64,000 bases of DNA. It comes from Chrysomallon squamiferum (Eukaryota > Animalia > Mollusca). Positions 15,534 through 30,000 of this stretch are shown in pieces (position 1 is the first letter of the stretch; each line of letters starts with the position of its first letter). Made by a program: the position numbers and the translations under genes. Location: contig CM022669.1 in NCBI GenBank assembly GCA_012295275.1, positions 18,352,001 through 18,416,000 on the forward strand, written 5' to 3'. The notes beneath the pieces are model-generated. The model was not told the DNA's origin. It ran no database searches and worked only from the letters and a program-made list of their open reading frames with translations.

Positions 15534-17326
15534 GCATGTGCGACACTGCATGCTGCAGACACCATGGGAAAGAAAACAGAAAAAAAAAAAAAAAGCTCAA
15601 CCTAAGTTCAAACGAATTTAGTACAACATAAATTCTATGTAACGAAATATTTTAACTGTTTACCCAATTATGTCATGAATGTATCGTTAACTATCACCCG
15701 AACCACAATTACCCGGCAACACAGAAACATTGATACTACACATATGTGGCAATCGCTTAAACTTGGAGACGTTTTTAATTTTATCGTCTGCTCTGAAAGG
15801 CTATTTCGCATTAAATATGATTATTGTTTGTTGGGGGTTGGGGGGTTGATTTTTTTTGTTGTTGTTTTGAAGCTATTAAAAAGCGGTAAATGAGCTTAAA
15901 AAGGTCATATTTATTGAGCATGACCTTTATTTAAGTTATAAACAATCGTAAAACACGTTTTAAATGTATAAAATATTTGACAGTTCCGAGGACGAAACGT
16001 TACACTTTAAAAACCACTGGCGACATTTCAGGCAAACAATACAGATTTCTAAACGATTAACTTCATGGGGTTTCTTTCTGGGATCTGTTTTTTTTTTTTT
16101 TTTTTTGGTGTTTTTTTTTTGAGAGGGGAGAGGTGATGGAGGGTGGCAGAGGTTAGTGAACTGATTAACGAAAGAGAAGACTGGGATTGGTTTTGACTTT
16201 GATGTTGCAGATGATGGTTATGAAATAGCAAAGATGAATGATGATGATGATGATGGAAGAGGATGACAATGAAAATGTCATTAATATGGAATTAAATGAA
16301 GAATGAAAAAAAATGAATAAAATTATTAATGTTTTTATATTTTTTACAGGAATTATTTTGAAGAATGAAAAAATATGTGTGTGTGTGTGTATGTGTGTGT
16401 TTGTAAAGCAAAATCTTTATATATTGTTAATTTGCTTTCTTCTGTCATTTTTATTTAACGTCATTTCATTGGCTAGGAAAACTCAGACGATATATTTTCC
16501 GTCCTTTGTGAACGACAATTCTTCTTCTTTCTTTTTTCCTTCTTAAATCATGATGTCACTTCATCAGAGGATTCCTTACAAAGCTTCGATATTCCGGGCA
16601 CTATAAACTGAGCAATAACATCTTCATTGGTGGGTGATATTTTATCCGATCCGAGCCGAATTCGTTTAACCCAAATTACTACCGTTGTTCAGTTTCTATT
16701 TAAAGGGTTAAAGGTGCGCATTTCGGGTGGCGGAATTTACGAATATACTGCAGTAAAGCGATAGCCAATAAAGTTAATACCTTGCTTTTTTTTCCTTCTG
16801 TCATTTCGTGTGGGCACGGGTAGATTAGATTTCGGAGGTCGTTTGACCCAATGACATAGTTAATGGATTTGAAAAGATGTAACCAGTTAAGGTCTGAATT
16901 CTGACTTTTATAGAGAAGATGTCAGCGTGTGCAGTGACAAATATTTGTATGAACTTTGACACCAGCAGCGGCAGTCGACCTAAAGAGAAGATTCACACAC
17001 CAAACACGACAATTTGTCTACAGAGGTTTTTTTTTTTTTTTTTTTTAAATTTTGTTTTGTTTATTTGTTGTAAAGTTTGTTTTATTTTCGTTTCGTTTCA
17101 TCTTCAGATTAATATCCACCAGAGTAATCCCTCCCACCTTTAAAGAGATTCTGTATCCGCCTTTCGTTTCAGCGAAATAAACAACAACACAAGTAAAATA
17201 ACGCTGTATTTACAGTCCATTACTTTTAAACTTCAAAGATAATGACGTAAAGAATAAACAAGCATACAGTAAAACCCCAATTTAACGGACTCCATATAAA
17301 AAGATTTCGGATTTACCCGAAATACA

Positions 17327-17383
<57 letters not shown>

Positions 17384-18854
17384 TTAAAACATTTGCAGAA
17401 CTGGTCTTTCGCCATCAATAGCACTCCATTCGTCTCTAAGTGTCCCATAAATTGAACATCTGCTGTTATTCAGTATTAGAAAACTTAACATCATCATGAA
17501 AAAGGCTTCGGTATATAAAATAGGCCTTCTCTGTTTCATTATCTTTCAGGTTTCATGCCTCGCAGTTTCAATAAGGATCAGTGGAACGTTTCAAACTGTT
17601 TCATTACGTTCTCGGATCGAGGGCAAATCACTAAAGTGTACGAAGCTGTATCGAATTCAAATGTTCAAGCAGAACTTGCATGTTTACGATTTCCGATACT
17701 AACGAATATCGTAAATATTTTGAATATTTAAAAACCTGTTAACCTACATCTGAGTTGTAAATCTGTCTTTTGTTGTTGAGTTACTTTACTAACTTAAAAA
17801 AAAAAAAAAAAAAAAGATTATTCATTTGCTACTTCTTTTAAAACAGAATTGCCTCATGCGATCTTATTAAATTAATATTAATATTATTATTACATGTATT
17901 ATTATTGTTATTATTATTTACTGATGTTTATTTTTTCCACTATTCAAACACTGTTAATAATTTTAAGTGTTGATCGTTGCGAAAACAATGTTTTTTCCGA
18001 TACAATTTAATTCAGATATTTTAGCACAGATCAAATTATGCAAGCGGTAATTTAAATGTTTTATCACCATACGAATTTCAATAACCATTTATTATTTGTG
18101 TATACGAAGCCAATTTTCTTTACCGGTATTTATTACAAATTTGGCTTGTAAACAAAGACATACATTTTTTTTCTCTCTGTATATCACAGATCGCAGTACA
18201 GTATCAAACGAAGGTCACCTAACCTTTACATTGCAGATTGACTGATTACTCCTGCAGAGATAAAAGAAATTGACATGCGCACGTGCAGCAGACGACAACA
18301 TAGTCTGATGTCTGCTGTCTCCCAAGCAGACGACTGATCGACAGATAGTTGGTTTTTGTTATTTTTATTGAATATTGCGTCTTATATTTGATCCGTTTAA
18401 TCTCTGTTAAGGTATGGGCAGAAACCTGTGGACTCAGATTAAGGGGGAAAAAAACTGCCTAGCCGTCACAACATGACCCAAATTTGACACAGTGTTTCAT
18501 GAATGCTGAACCGTGGTTTCGTTATATTCTTGCAAACATGGCTGCTAGTGCGTGTAATGAATGCTATTACAATATGTAAAAACCTTTGTACTGTTGGTGC
18601 ATACAATGTATTGTCGCCTTACTGTTGAGTCTTTTCTTTTTTTTTTTTTTTTGGTGCTGAAATAAATAACCTGTTACATGAAATATTAAATAGTCACAGG
18701 ACACGGCGCACACGTTGACTGCGTGATAGACAGGTGTACGTATACACTCGTACGTACGTACACACAGACACACAGACGATTAAACGTAGGGATGTACACA
18801 GATACATACATAGAAACATACCCACACAAAACATACTTTGCTCTAAGCAATGTA

Positions 18855-18902
<48 letters not shown>

Positions 18903-19255
18903 AACACACATACACACATACATATACATATATACACAAACATTCATATACATATATACATGCATACGCACACACATTCCTGTACACACATACATAACTA
19001 CATATACATACATACATACATACGTAGTTATATACGTTGTATGTGTGTATGTATGTATATGAATGTGTATATGTATATATATATATGTATGTATGTATGT
19101 ATTACGTACATACGTAATTATATATGTTGTTTGTGTGTATGTATTTATGGATGTATGTATGTATATTGAACATACGTATATATATATATATGTATGTATG
19201 TATATATGTATGTATTTGTGTAAGTATGTATATGTACACATGTGCATATGTAAAT
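18855..19255. repeat. (TA)n / (TACA)n / (TATG)n low-complexity tract
   Basis: Mixed purine-pyrimidine alternating repeats; source of the YIHT/MYVC ORFs. Confidence 0.85.
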
Positions 19256-20396
19256 ATTAGCGTAATGACACTGTTGCTTTTTCATGACGTCAGTTGTACA
19301 AACTAATTAAAAACCTAACATAACCACACTGTCTTCCATTGCAGGTGCATGACGAACATATCCTTGCATAAAGCCCAGTCGTTTGCTCATTAAGACATGC
19401 AGTTATGGCCAGAACACCTGAAATTGGACGACATTTTGCCGAGTGAACAAAAGTTCGCAACATCTGGACGCAGTCGTTACAGCTTGTTTCTTCACGGTTT
19501 TATGCCCTTTGAAAGTACTATTAGTACACACGTACATATTATTCTGTTTGCCTCGATTACCCGCGTGCATTTAAAATGCTCGTTTGAAGTAAAATAAAAT
19601 TGATGTACGTCTCCGTGAATATGGATGTTTGTGTGTATAAACATACAGAGACGTATAAACTTACAGCCATACACAGTTACACACGTATCTGTTGTGTGTT
19701 ATATAGTATGGATGGATGGATGGATGTATGTATGCATGTATAAAATTATGTATGGTTGTATGTATGTATGTATGTATTGATATATACTGGTATTTACACC
19801 TGAATTATTCATTGGTTTTATGATTTTCTGAAGCTGTAGGTTACAAAAAGGAAAAAGAAAAAAAAAAAAGGTTTAATCTATATATTTAATGTATGAGACC
19901 GAAACAAATGCAGTGAACCACTGAAACAATGCAATTAACATTTCCACGACAGCAAATATACTTTCAGTATACATTTACTTTTAAAATTTCAGTCTGGTAT
20001 TGTTCTTTATTGAAATGTATCATTTAAAATATACGATCATGACTAAAATACAAGTCTGAAATGCAGAATTTAAAAAAAAAAAAAGTCGATTAAATACTTA
20101 TTTTACAGTTTACAAATGAAATATTTAGCTTGTGACTACGCTTCACTGAAATGTACAAGTGAAATATACAGTTACACAGAGGAAACATTGTCTCATTGCA
20201 GTGACCCACTCAGTTACACACCCATTCAAAACCTATTAGTCATACACAGATAAAGACAAAGTGACAGAACAGTAAATTATTATATATATGTATATATTAT
20301 ACCCTCTGTGACATATGCATATTATATACAGCCGTACACTCATATTCCTATGTATCGAAAAAAAAAAAAGAAAGAAAGAAAAAAAACACATACACA

Positions 20397-20513
<117 letters not shown>

Positions 20514-21084
20514 GTCTCCATAACTTAAAACATAAAAACTCGAGTCTCGAGTCACGAGCTCTTATCAAGAAAAGTCGTGATAAAGACACATATATTTCTT
20601 TCTTCTCTTTCCGATACACACGAGACCATTTGACACCAATTATTCAGTGAAAAAACGTGCCCCGGTGTTTTGTTCGGTGTGTCGTTGCGTCTCGCGGTGC
20701 GGGCCTGTGTTCGTAACGCTTATCTCGAACACCAGGCCCCTGACGCGATAGCATGTTACAAATGTCCTGCTCCGATCCTATCTAGTACGTATATGCTGAC
20801 GTTGAACATAGATATATATATACATACACCCAGCGTGGTTAGATAGGGAAAAAAAAAAATAAAAAAAAAAAAAAAAAAAAAACAAGTTGTTTATGACAAG
20901 TGGCTTTGTATAAGTTATAAAATTTGGAAAAGAGGAAGAGATGAAATAACTGATATGTGAAGTTGTTCAGTTTGTGCAGGAGAGATATTTATTTGTTTGA
21001 TGTGTTTTTGGTTTGTTGTTTTGTGTTTGGGGGGGCAGAGGAAACGAGATAGAGAAAAGACATAAAAGTGTGAAAAAGAGTGAG

Positions 21085-21203
<119 letters not shown>

Positions 21204-22447
21204 ACTGACATAGTAAGAGTAAGATAAGAAGATGGGTGATTTTTAATTTTCTTCATACTAGTTGTAAAAACATATTCCATTAGCATTAAATAATATATAT
21301 ATAAATATTCATAATTAAAATATAATACACATGCATTTTTCACTTCCATTACTGTCTCTTACGGTTATTTCATCCACGGACTGACATTACAAATGCAAAT
21401 CGACGAACATTTTTTAAATTTAATTTTATTGTGTTGATCACGCCAAGCAAACAAATTCTGCAAATTACTTGAATAACGAACACGATTTAAAAAAAAAAAA
21501 AAAAAAAAAAAACGACCCCCAAAAAAAAAAAACAAAAAAAAAAACGCTTCCCTGTCCTTTAACCAATCCCTACTGACAAAAACACGACTACCCGTATGAA
21601 GAAAAAAAAAAAAAAAAAAAAAAAAAAGAAAAACAACTTTGAAGCTATGCTGCACACAATCTCTGATAACCCTGGAATTTTCTTTTCAAGCGTTTAAGTT
21701 GGGACTCTTTGCGTTTTTTTTTTTTTTCTCACTAACTCTCTGCAGTCTGACCCGAGCAGGACAATGAAGGGCTGACGGCTGCGAACCTGACCCAGACTGC
21801 TTTCACGAGCACGCGCCAGATGTAGCGATAGACGTAAACTTGTGGCGTAACACCGAGCAGACGACAAAACAGGATCGCTCAATCAATGGCCGCCCTCATC
21901 ATTAAGGGAATAAATAATTTTGTTGTTGTTGTTTTGGGTTTTTTTTTTTCGAAAATTTTCTTTTCTTTTAAATATTGCTGATGTGAAACGTCATCCATTT
22001 TTTTTTTTTTTTTTTTTTTTTTACTGAACAGTATTTTAGACGTATTTTCAGCCGAGAAACAGAATAAATAGAAGCTACTGATTTATTTTTATTCATATTT
22101 TAATTCATACTTTTTCTTTTTATTATATATACTAGAAAGTAGATCTCATTCGTACTTTTACTTTTGATGATCATGTCACGATTTTTTATTTATTTTTTTG
22201 GCGTGGTCTGTAGTGAAAGGAAAAAGAGCTTTGGAAGAGAGAAATGAAAAACCCAACTAACATCGAATTTACGACATGTCTTATTAAAATGAATCTTAAA
22301 TTACATGTCAAGCTCGCATTTGGCCATTGTCAAATTACTGTGCTTTGGATAGATAGGCAGACATTTAATGTGGGAAAAAAAATAAAACATCCCTATTCAC
22401 GACAAGAAACAAAAACTCTGGCAAATAGACAAGTTAGAAAAAAAACT

Positions 22448-22492
<45 letters not shown>

Positions 22493-22582
22493 AATAATAA
22501 TAATAATAAGAAGAAGAAGAAGAAGAAGAAGAAGAAAAGGAGGAGGAGACTGTCTTATGTAATAATTTTTCTTTTCCTTTCA

Positions 22583-22647
<65 letters not shown>

Positions 22648-22707
22648 CTTTTTCTCTCTCCTCTATTTCTCTGTGTGTGTGTCTCTCTCCCATTCTATTA
22701 CTCTCTG

Positions 22708-22760
<53 letters not shown>
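22448..22760. repeat. Compound (AAC)n(AAT)n(AAG)n, (CT)n and (GT)n microsatellite cluster
   Basis: Direct reading. Confidence 0.9.
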
Positions 22761-22761
<1 letters not shown>

Positions 22762-23279
22762 CGTGTCTATCTTTCTCACTGACTACAGTTTCTCTTTAGC
22801 CTATGTATTCGATATCCTGGGGACTGTTTATAAATAAATGACCATACTTTATGAAAAGAAATACCATGTCATCCAAATAAAAAGACCATTCTGATGAACA
22901 AGATGGCGTCTCTGCTTACCCTCGATTTTTACTTACTTCTACAAATGAGGTAACTGAACATTTTGCACAAGAAGCGAGTTACAGTTTATTTAGAGAACCA
23001 TTGTTTGAAAAGCTGACGATTGTGGGATCTTTTCTTCTCGTTGTCTCCACTGATTAATGTAGTGTCATCAAATGTTTATTAGTGTTGTAAATTGTGCAAA
23101 AAGAAAGATCTCTTCGAAACCAAAATTAATGATTTTTACATTTTAAGAAATAGAGTTGCTTCCCTTTCCAGTATATTAGTTGTCATCGTCATCATGATCA
23201 TCATTATGATCATTATAAACATCATTCTCATTATCATCATATTTTATCCATATCATCATCATCATCGTTGTTATTTGTA

Positions 23280-23323
<44 letters not shown>

Positions 23324-23904
23324 TTGAGATTTTCGTTATAACTGTAACATTATAACAAGTATTTTTGTCATTTAATTTGCTAAAAATTAAAAAAAAAGAG
23401 CTTAAAAAAAATATCAAAGCATTTGTTTTCTCCCACTGTTAAAAGACTTTGTATTATGAATAAAATGTCTTTTACATTTTTTTCCAACAATGTGATGTGT
23501 ATAAAATTCTCTACAGCAAATTCATATTTAGGAAATTTTTATTGTCCTAAGAAATACTGAACACTTTATCTGCCCATCTCTATAACATAATCTTTTTTTT
23601 TTTTTAATAAAAAAAGCTTCTTCTTCTTCTTCTTCTTTTCGTCATTTTTTTTTATTCTACTCTCCGATATTATATTACTATAATAAAAAAAACAAATGTA
23701 ATGTATTTACGCTAACTCGATATCTTTGCTATTTCAAAAAGACCTCTAACGAGGAAAGAAAAACCAACAACGTAATTCCATTTACATCAGATTTAATCAT
23801 ATTAAAGCCGAATGTATACATTGGTGTCTTTGACACCAAGAAGCAAAATGTCCGGGTAACAACTCGACCTGTATGCTATGGACTCATAATACACACATTG
23901 CTAA

Positions 23905-24345
23905 CTGTTCCGTAATTTGGAAACTAGATATTAGGTAATAAGAGTTACATATTTTATTACGTAATAGAATAAATATTTCATTGCGTAATGGAGAAATATC
24001 CCGTGACGTAATAGAATACATATTTTGTTACGTGATAGAGTAACATGCTATGACGCAACAGAATAAATAAATTATTACGTAATATGGACACTATAATTAA
24101 AAAATAAAATAAACCATTACGACATATGGATACTAACCATTACGTAATAAAGTAGATAATCTATGACGTGATAGAAAAAAAATTGAGTAAATAAAATAAT
24201 ACGTAATATGGAAACTAAACATTACGTAAAATATAGTAAACCATTATGTAACGGGAAAATAACAATTACGTAATGTAGTAAATAAACTTTACGTAATATG
24301 CAAAGTAAGCATTACGTAATATAGAAAATAATTGTTACATTATAC
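23905..24345. repeat. Degenerate tandem repeat of about 22-24 bp built on the palindrome ATTACGTAAT
   Basis: TTACGTAA at about 23957, 24074, 24140, 24222, 24266, 24289 and 24312, plus variants (ttgcgtaa, tgacgtaa, ttacgtga, ttatgtaa). Confidence 0.8.
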
Positions 24346-25059
24346 ATTAAAAAAAAAAAAATTTTTTTTACAACATATTGCAAGTTTTGAAAAAAAAAAT
24401 ATATATATAAAAAAAGGAGTATAACACAAAACAATCTTAGATCTCCTTTTTAAAAAAAAAACAAAATAATAATAAAAAAAAAAAAAAAAAAAATAATAAT
24501 AAATTAAATAAAATTTAAAAAAATGTTACCGGAATGACGAGCATATAATTATATAGTTTAATGTGTATCTGGCCAACACAATGTTATTTTACAAAATATG
24601 ACAACTATAATTGAAACAACCAATCAGCAAAGTCGTACTACAGGAGAACAACAATGGAACAAAATACTGTTAATTTAAACAGCAAATAATTACAGATTTA
24701 AAGACATATTTCCTATCTAACACAACATTTGTACAAAAAAGTATTTGATACTACCTAAAATGCAAGTTCAGGTTTTGTAAACTAAACAACGATCAGAAAA
24801 AAAAAAAAAAAAAAATTATGCAGGAGACTTTGGTTTGCTAGATAAAGGTAAGCATGGTATAATTATAATAATTATAATAATAATAATAATAAATACTATA
24901 AGATTATGACGTAGAAATGGAATTGTTAATATATTATGATGATTAAATTATACTAAATATATTAAGGGTTCGTATAATTATGAAGATAACACCAGTTATA
25001 AATTAGTATAATTTTCGAATCTTTCTTTCGGATAAAGCCATCAACTAATTATGGTACTT

Positions 25060-25700
25060 GTGTTTCGAAATGAAAATGAAACTGAAAGTAGCACTTTTGA
25101 GATGCACGATGACATAATGATAAAGTATTAAATTATGATTAGACATTTTTAGTTAATTATAGTTAACTGAAAAGAAAACGAAAGGAACAATATTTCTTGT
25201 AAAACGTGCGATATAAAATAAATATCTCTGATTAACTGATCTTAATGAAAAATAGATAACAGCACTTCATAACATTTTTCAAGTTAATTTGCCATATCAG
25301 TTAAATCCTAACTGTGAAAAAAAAAAAAAAAAAATTGTTCTGCCACTTTCAGTTAAAAGTGAAAGCGAAAGTAAAACTTCGTAAGTATTTAAAGGTTAAT
25401 TTGTCAGTATTAATTGAAATTGAAAATGGAAGGGTAATTAGCACACTCTTACGAAGTTAATTGATCTTATAACAAAGTGAAATGAAAGTAGCACTTCGCG
25501 ATGAATATTAATTTACCACACAGGTGAAAGTGAAAGCGAAACTAGACCTTCAACAAAGTAGTACAAAGTCAATTGACCGTCTAAGTGTGTGAAAATGGAA
25601 GCGAAAGTAGCACTCCGAAGATGCATGATGTCGACAAACGTCTTTTGTTGATAACTGTTAATAGCATGAAATTAAATTTCCAGTCAAATACATTATTATG
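25060..25700. repeat. Degenerate tandem repeat of about 55-60 bp with GAAA(N2-3)GAAA-GTAGCACTT core
   Basis: gaaaatgaaaactgaaagtagcactt (about 25072), aaagtgaaagcgaaagtaaaacttc (about 25356), gtgaaatgaaagtagcacttc (about 25476), gaaagtgaaagcgaaactag (about 25526), ggaagcgaaagtagcactcc (about 25597). Confidence 0.7.
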
Positions 25701-28700
25701 GTTGTTACAACCTTCGCGAGTTAAACTCTTCGAATATATACAAACCAAGAAGAACACAAAACAAAAATAAACTAACAAACAAAAAAAATATAATAATAAT
25801 AATAATAACAAAACAAAGACCATAACAGACAGAGTCGAGAGTCACTGGGGGAAACGAGCTGAAACCCCTCGTACGCGGTAAACAGGTAAACAGGTTAAAA
25901 TTTCACTCGTGTAAACAATGTGTAATACGTAATATTTGTTTTCTTTGCTTTTTATTTTTTGCATGGCAAACAAAAACAAAAAACAAAAAGAAAGAAAACA
26001 ATGAATTAACATTTTAAAAAAAAAAGAAAAGTGTTAAAAGACAGCACTGTTAAGCAAGAAACATATTATTTTTACTTACAAAGAGAATGCAAATATGAAA
26101 TAGATATAACTTAAAAGAGTTCGATTTATAAGCTACTCTACGTTTCTTAAGGACTACTTATAAACGAGCTCTGAATACAGATTAATAATAATATTAATAT
26201 TGAACAATATTATTTTTCAAAAATCTTCTCTTTTTTTTTTTTTTTTTTCTCTCTCTCATTATTTTGGCATCGTGTTATTTGGAAATCGATACACCTCGGA
26301 AATTATTATGTTAAAAAAAAAAAAAACAAAAAAACAACGAAAAATCGTTTACGAAAAGAGACGGAAATTGACGAGAGGTTTCGACTTCGTTTAAAAATAA
26401 TGAAGATTTAACAAATGTAAACAATTTTTCTCCCCGAAACGTAGGAGATACGAATAATGTAAACTGTTCTATGATTTGGGAATGAAATGTGTGAAAGAAA
26501 TGACACGGTTTAGAACCACCCTTAATAGTGAAAACACAACAATGATACACAAATATAAACACACGCACTCATCCACGCCTCGCTCTGATCTCCCGCCTCA
26601 AAATGTCGCCATCTTCCCGAATCACGCGCATACTCACTTTATCTCTATAATATAAAGACATTTCAAACAATATGGAACTTTTGATTTAACTAGTGTTGGG
26701 AATACTTGAAAATGATACCGTCTGGTTATCTCTGTGGCACTGGGGGTATATTCTCTTTCAGTTCAGTCTTATTTGAAATAGAAATAATATTATCACAGAA
26801 GAAACCTCTTTACTTTGCAGTCGTCTGGATTTGAAATCTAAATTTATATAATTTTTTTTTATATATATATATTTTTTTATTTAGTTTTTGATCAAAGGTT
26901 TTGGAAGAAAGATGTTTTTAAAAAGTTGTTCTTGCAATCTGACTTTGGGAATATATCCTGCTGCTGTAATTATGTTACTGAAGGTTGACAAATTTCAATT
27001 AAAATATTTACCAAACTGAAGGATATTTCGAAAATGTTTCAAATTTAGTTTTAAATTCATTATGAGAAATCCTGTGAATAGCTTTCAAAATATAATTGAT
27101 CAAAACCCAGGTCAGGTAATGAAAACGATTATTAATTAATATTTGTTTATTTATTTAAATTTGTTTACTTACTTATACTTTTTTCATAATTACTTATTTA
27201 TTTATATGAGTTCATTCATTAAAGCTGAATTTAAACTGAGTCTTGGAAAAGATTTTCGAATTAGGAAGCAAGAGAAGTACCAGCCTGTGACACAAAGATA
27301 TCAGACGTTTTACAAAAGTCAGTGATAATACGTTTAATTTGGTACATGGACACATCGTTCAAGGTTAGGACCATTCCAGAAATTGCTACACTTTGGTAAG
27401 AGCCGGAGGTCCATTGCAATTTTTTAAATTATTTTTTAACAGTTTCTGCACAAGTACCATTATGATCTTTTTTTTTTCCTTATTTGTGTTACAATGAATT
27501 AAAAATATTATCTGTATAAAATGGAAGTACAAATCAAACTGATATCGTGGAAGCATAAAGTTTTTCTAAAAAAATTATTAAAAAAATACCTCAAATCTTC
27601 CTAATATGTAACCAATTTCTGGAGAGACCCTTAGCTAACCTTTGTCACGAGAAAAAAACAACAATGAAAACACCTCAGTTTCTAAACAGATGTTTCACCT
27701 GACATTTCGGAACCTGGTTCCTCTCTAGAATACACATAAAAAACACGAACACTTGGCAAACTAGGACTCGGGGTTTATGCAGGGTTTGGATATCTGTGTC
27801 CACAGCTGCCATTGTAAACAGTTAAGAGATGAAATTTTTGTCACATCGTCTTTTTCGAATGTTAAGGATCGTGTGTGTTTTCAAAGTACATGGCACTCTT
27901 TCCAATGGCCATTGTTTATAGTACTGGGTGAAACCCACACAACTAAAAATATTATTATTTTTTTTTTTTTTACAAAGATTCTTGTTAAAATAAGTCATCA
28001 GAAGTCTTGAGATTTCCAGAACATGTTGGTTTTTTCAAGTTTGTGCTTTTTTTTTTTTTTTTAAAAAGATTGTCTCTTTCGAGTTTTCTTTCGCTTTCGT
28101 TTTTTTCACAGAAGGAATTCGTACGTAATTATAAGGAGTTTCAGTTTTAATATGATTCAGACATAATCGAGACACCGACTCCTTAACTGAGTTCAACAGT
28201 GTGAGATATCGCTCGTGTTGCGTTTTGAAAAAACAACACATTGTTATAACTGAATTATGGAAGAGAGCTTGTCCAGATCTAGAATCATTGTTACAAGTTT
28301 TTTCTTTCAGTTTAGAGCGTCTTTCATCTTCAGCTTATTGTCCTGTTCTGTCTGTAGGTTTTCTGCTTCCTTGCAGGATCTCCAAGAGAAGGTTTTTGAT
28401 TTTATTGTCTGAACACTTTCGTTCAACATCTAACAGTTTCTTATTGTTTTCCTCTCCAATTTCATTTTTCATTTTTCCACTCTTGTTCTTTCTTTTTTTT
28501 TTCAGTTTCATTCTTTCTTTTCCAATTTCTCTTTCCGCGAAATCTCTCACGTTTTCTTTCTTCTCTTTTTTTTTTTTTGATCTCATTCACCATCTATCTG
28601 AAAAAAACTATTTCAACAACTCCAAAATCCTTCTGTACCAACACGAAAACCAAAGCAGTTCCGAAAATCATATGAAGATTTTTTTTTTTTTTTTTTTTTT

Positions 28701-28815
28701 GTTTGTGTGTTTTCAGTCAGCTTCAATCCGGGTGGGTTTTGTATATATATATATATTTTTTCTTTTTTTTTTCGAAGGGGTGGGTATCATCTGGAAAGAC
28801 TAGGAAAAAAAAAAT

Positions 28816-29090
28816 TTACTGAATGGCCATATAGGGCCAGTTAAAGGAACCACCACTAAGCAACATGTCCCGAATCAAAGTCTCTATCGGCGTCTTGCCA
28901 ACGAGTCGCACGAAAAACAACTGCTCTATGACCTGTGCGCTCACCATCCTCAGCGACGGCAGTCTCAGAAGCAGTTTGCCGAATCTGGTTGGCTGATTGG
29001 GGTATTGGCTCCTTACGTACTCCTCCAGGGCGCACTGGGATTTCTCCTGAATCCCTTCCACGTGCTGTGTGTCTGAGAGACCGCAAGCAT
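28816..29090 (-). CDS. COUP-TF: COUP-TF coding exon 3: C-terminal ligand-binding domain with AF-2, TAA stop
   Basis: Acceptor tttttcaccttgcag|AT GCT TGC gives [91 protein letters not shown]. The spliced CDS is 526+528+275=1329 nt (442 aa plus stop). Confidence 0.97.
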
Positions 29091-29439
29091 CTGCAAGGTG
29101 AAAAATAAAAATAAGAGAAATTAGTCAATAATTATATTATTATGTAAGAAATATGAATAAAGCAAAAAGAAATGTAAAATGCTATTGTTTTTGTAAAACT
29201 GAATGGAGAACTAAAAGTATATGGTTGTGTGTTAGAGAAATTAAGACAATGATGTTAACACGTTATTATCAGAGAACTCTACCAGCAGGTTTGTTACTGG
29301 CAAAGTTTAAAAAGTCTCTACAGAATTCTTGTCTGTGACAACAGTGCTAACATATGTAACGACAGTTATTATTATTTGTCGACATCGTCATCACCATTCT
29401 CCTCCTCCTAATCATCATCATCATTATGGATGTGATAAT

Positions 29440-29440
29440 G

Positions 29441-29518
<78 letters not shown>

Positions 29519-29624
29519 ATTGTTTTGATTTTTGTTATTATTTTTATTATTCATGTATTATTATTGTTGTTGATATTACTGTTGTTGATGATGATGTTCT
29601 TGTTTTTGTTATTATTGCTGTTGA

Positions 29625-29666
<42 letters not shown>

Positions 29667-29906
29667 CAGTGTTCTGTTTGTTTAAAGACGTTGTATATTA
29701 TATTGCTGCTTTTCGTATTAATATCGTTAATTTAAGTTAATTTATACCATGTTTTTAAATCTGCTGTAGACATATTTGTTTTAATTATTTCGATTTGTTC
29801 AATTTTAGCTCAGATTTCAGAACTTGCCGCTTCTGTCATACATTTTGTGATAAAATAAGTGCAGTCACATTTAATAAAATGTAATCATAAAAACATCATC
29901 ATAATA

Positions 29907-29973
<67 letters not shown>

Positions 29974-30000
29974 TGATGATAATGATAATAATAATAATAA
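29440..30000. repeat. (ATT)n/(GTT)n/(AAT)n trinucleotide repeat cluster near the 3' end of intron 2
   Basis: Direct reading. Confidence 0.9.

Noticed and set aside
28201-28803. 200-aa plus-strand ORF
   Set aside because: Phe/Ser-rich translation of T-rich sequence antisense to the COUP-TF 3' UTR; it starts at GTG.
23000-28815. Exact 3' UTR end or poly(A) site
   Set aside because: Many minus-strand AATAAA hexamers (for example about 27146, 25951 and 23075) occur in AT-rich DNA; one cannot be chosen without transcript data.
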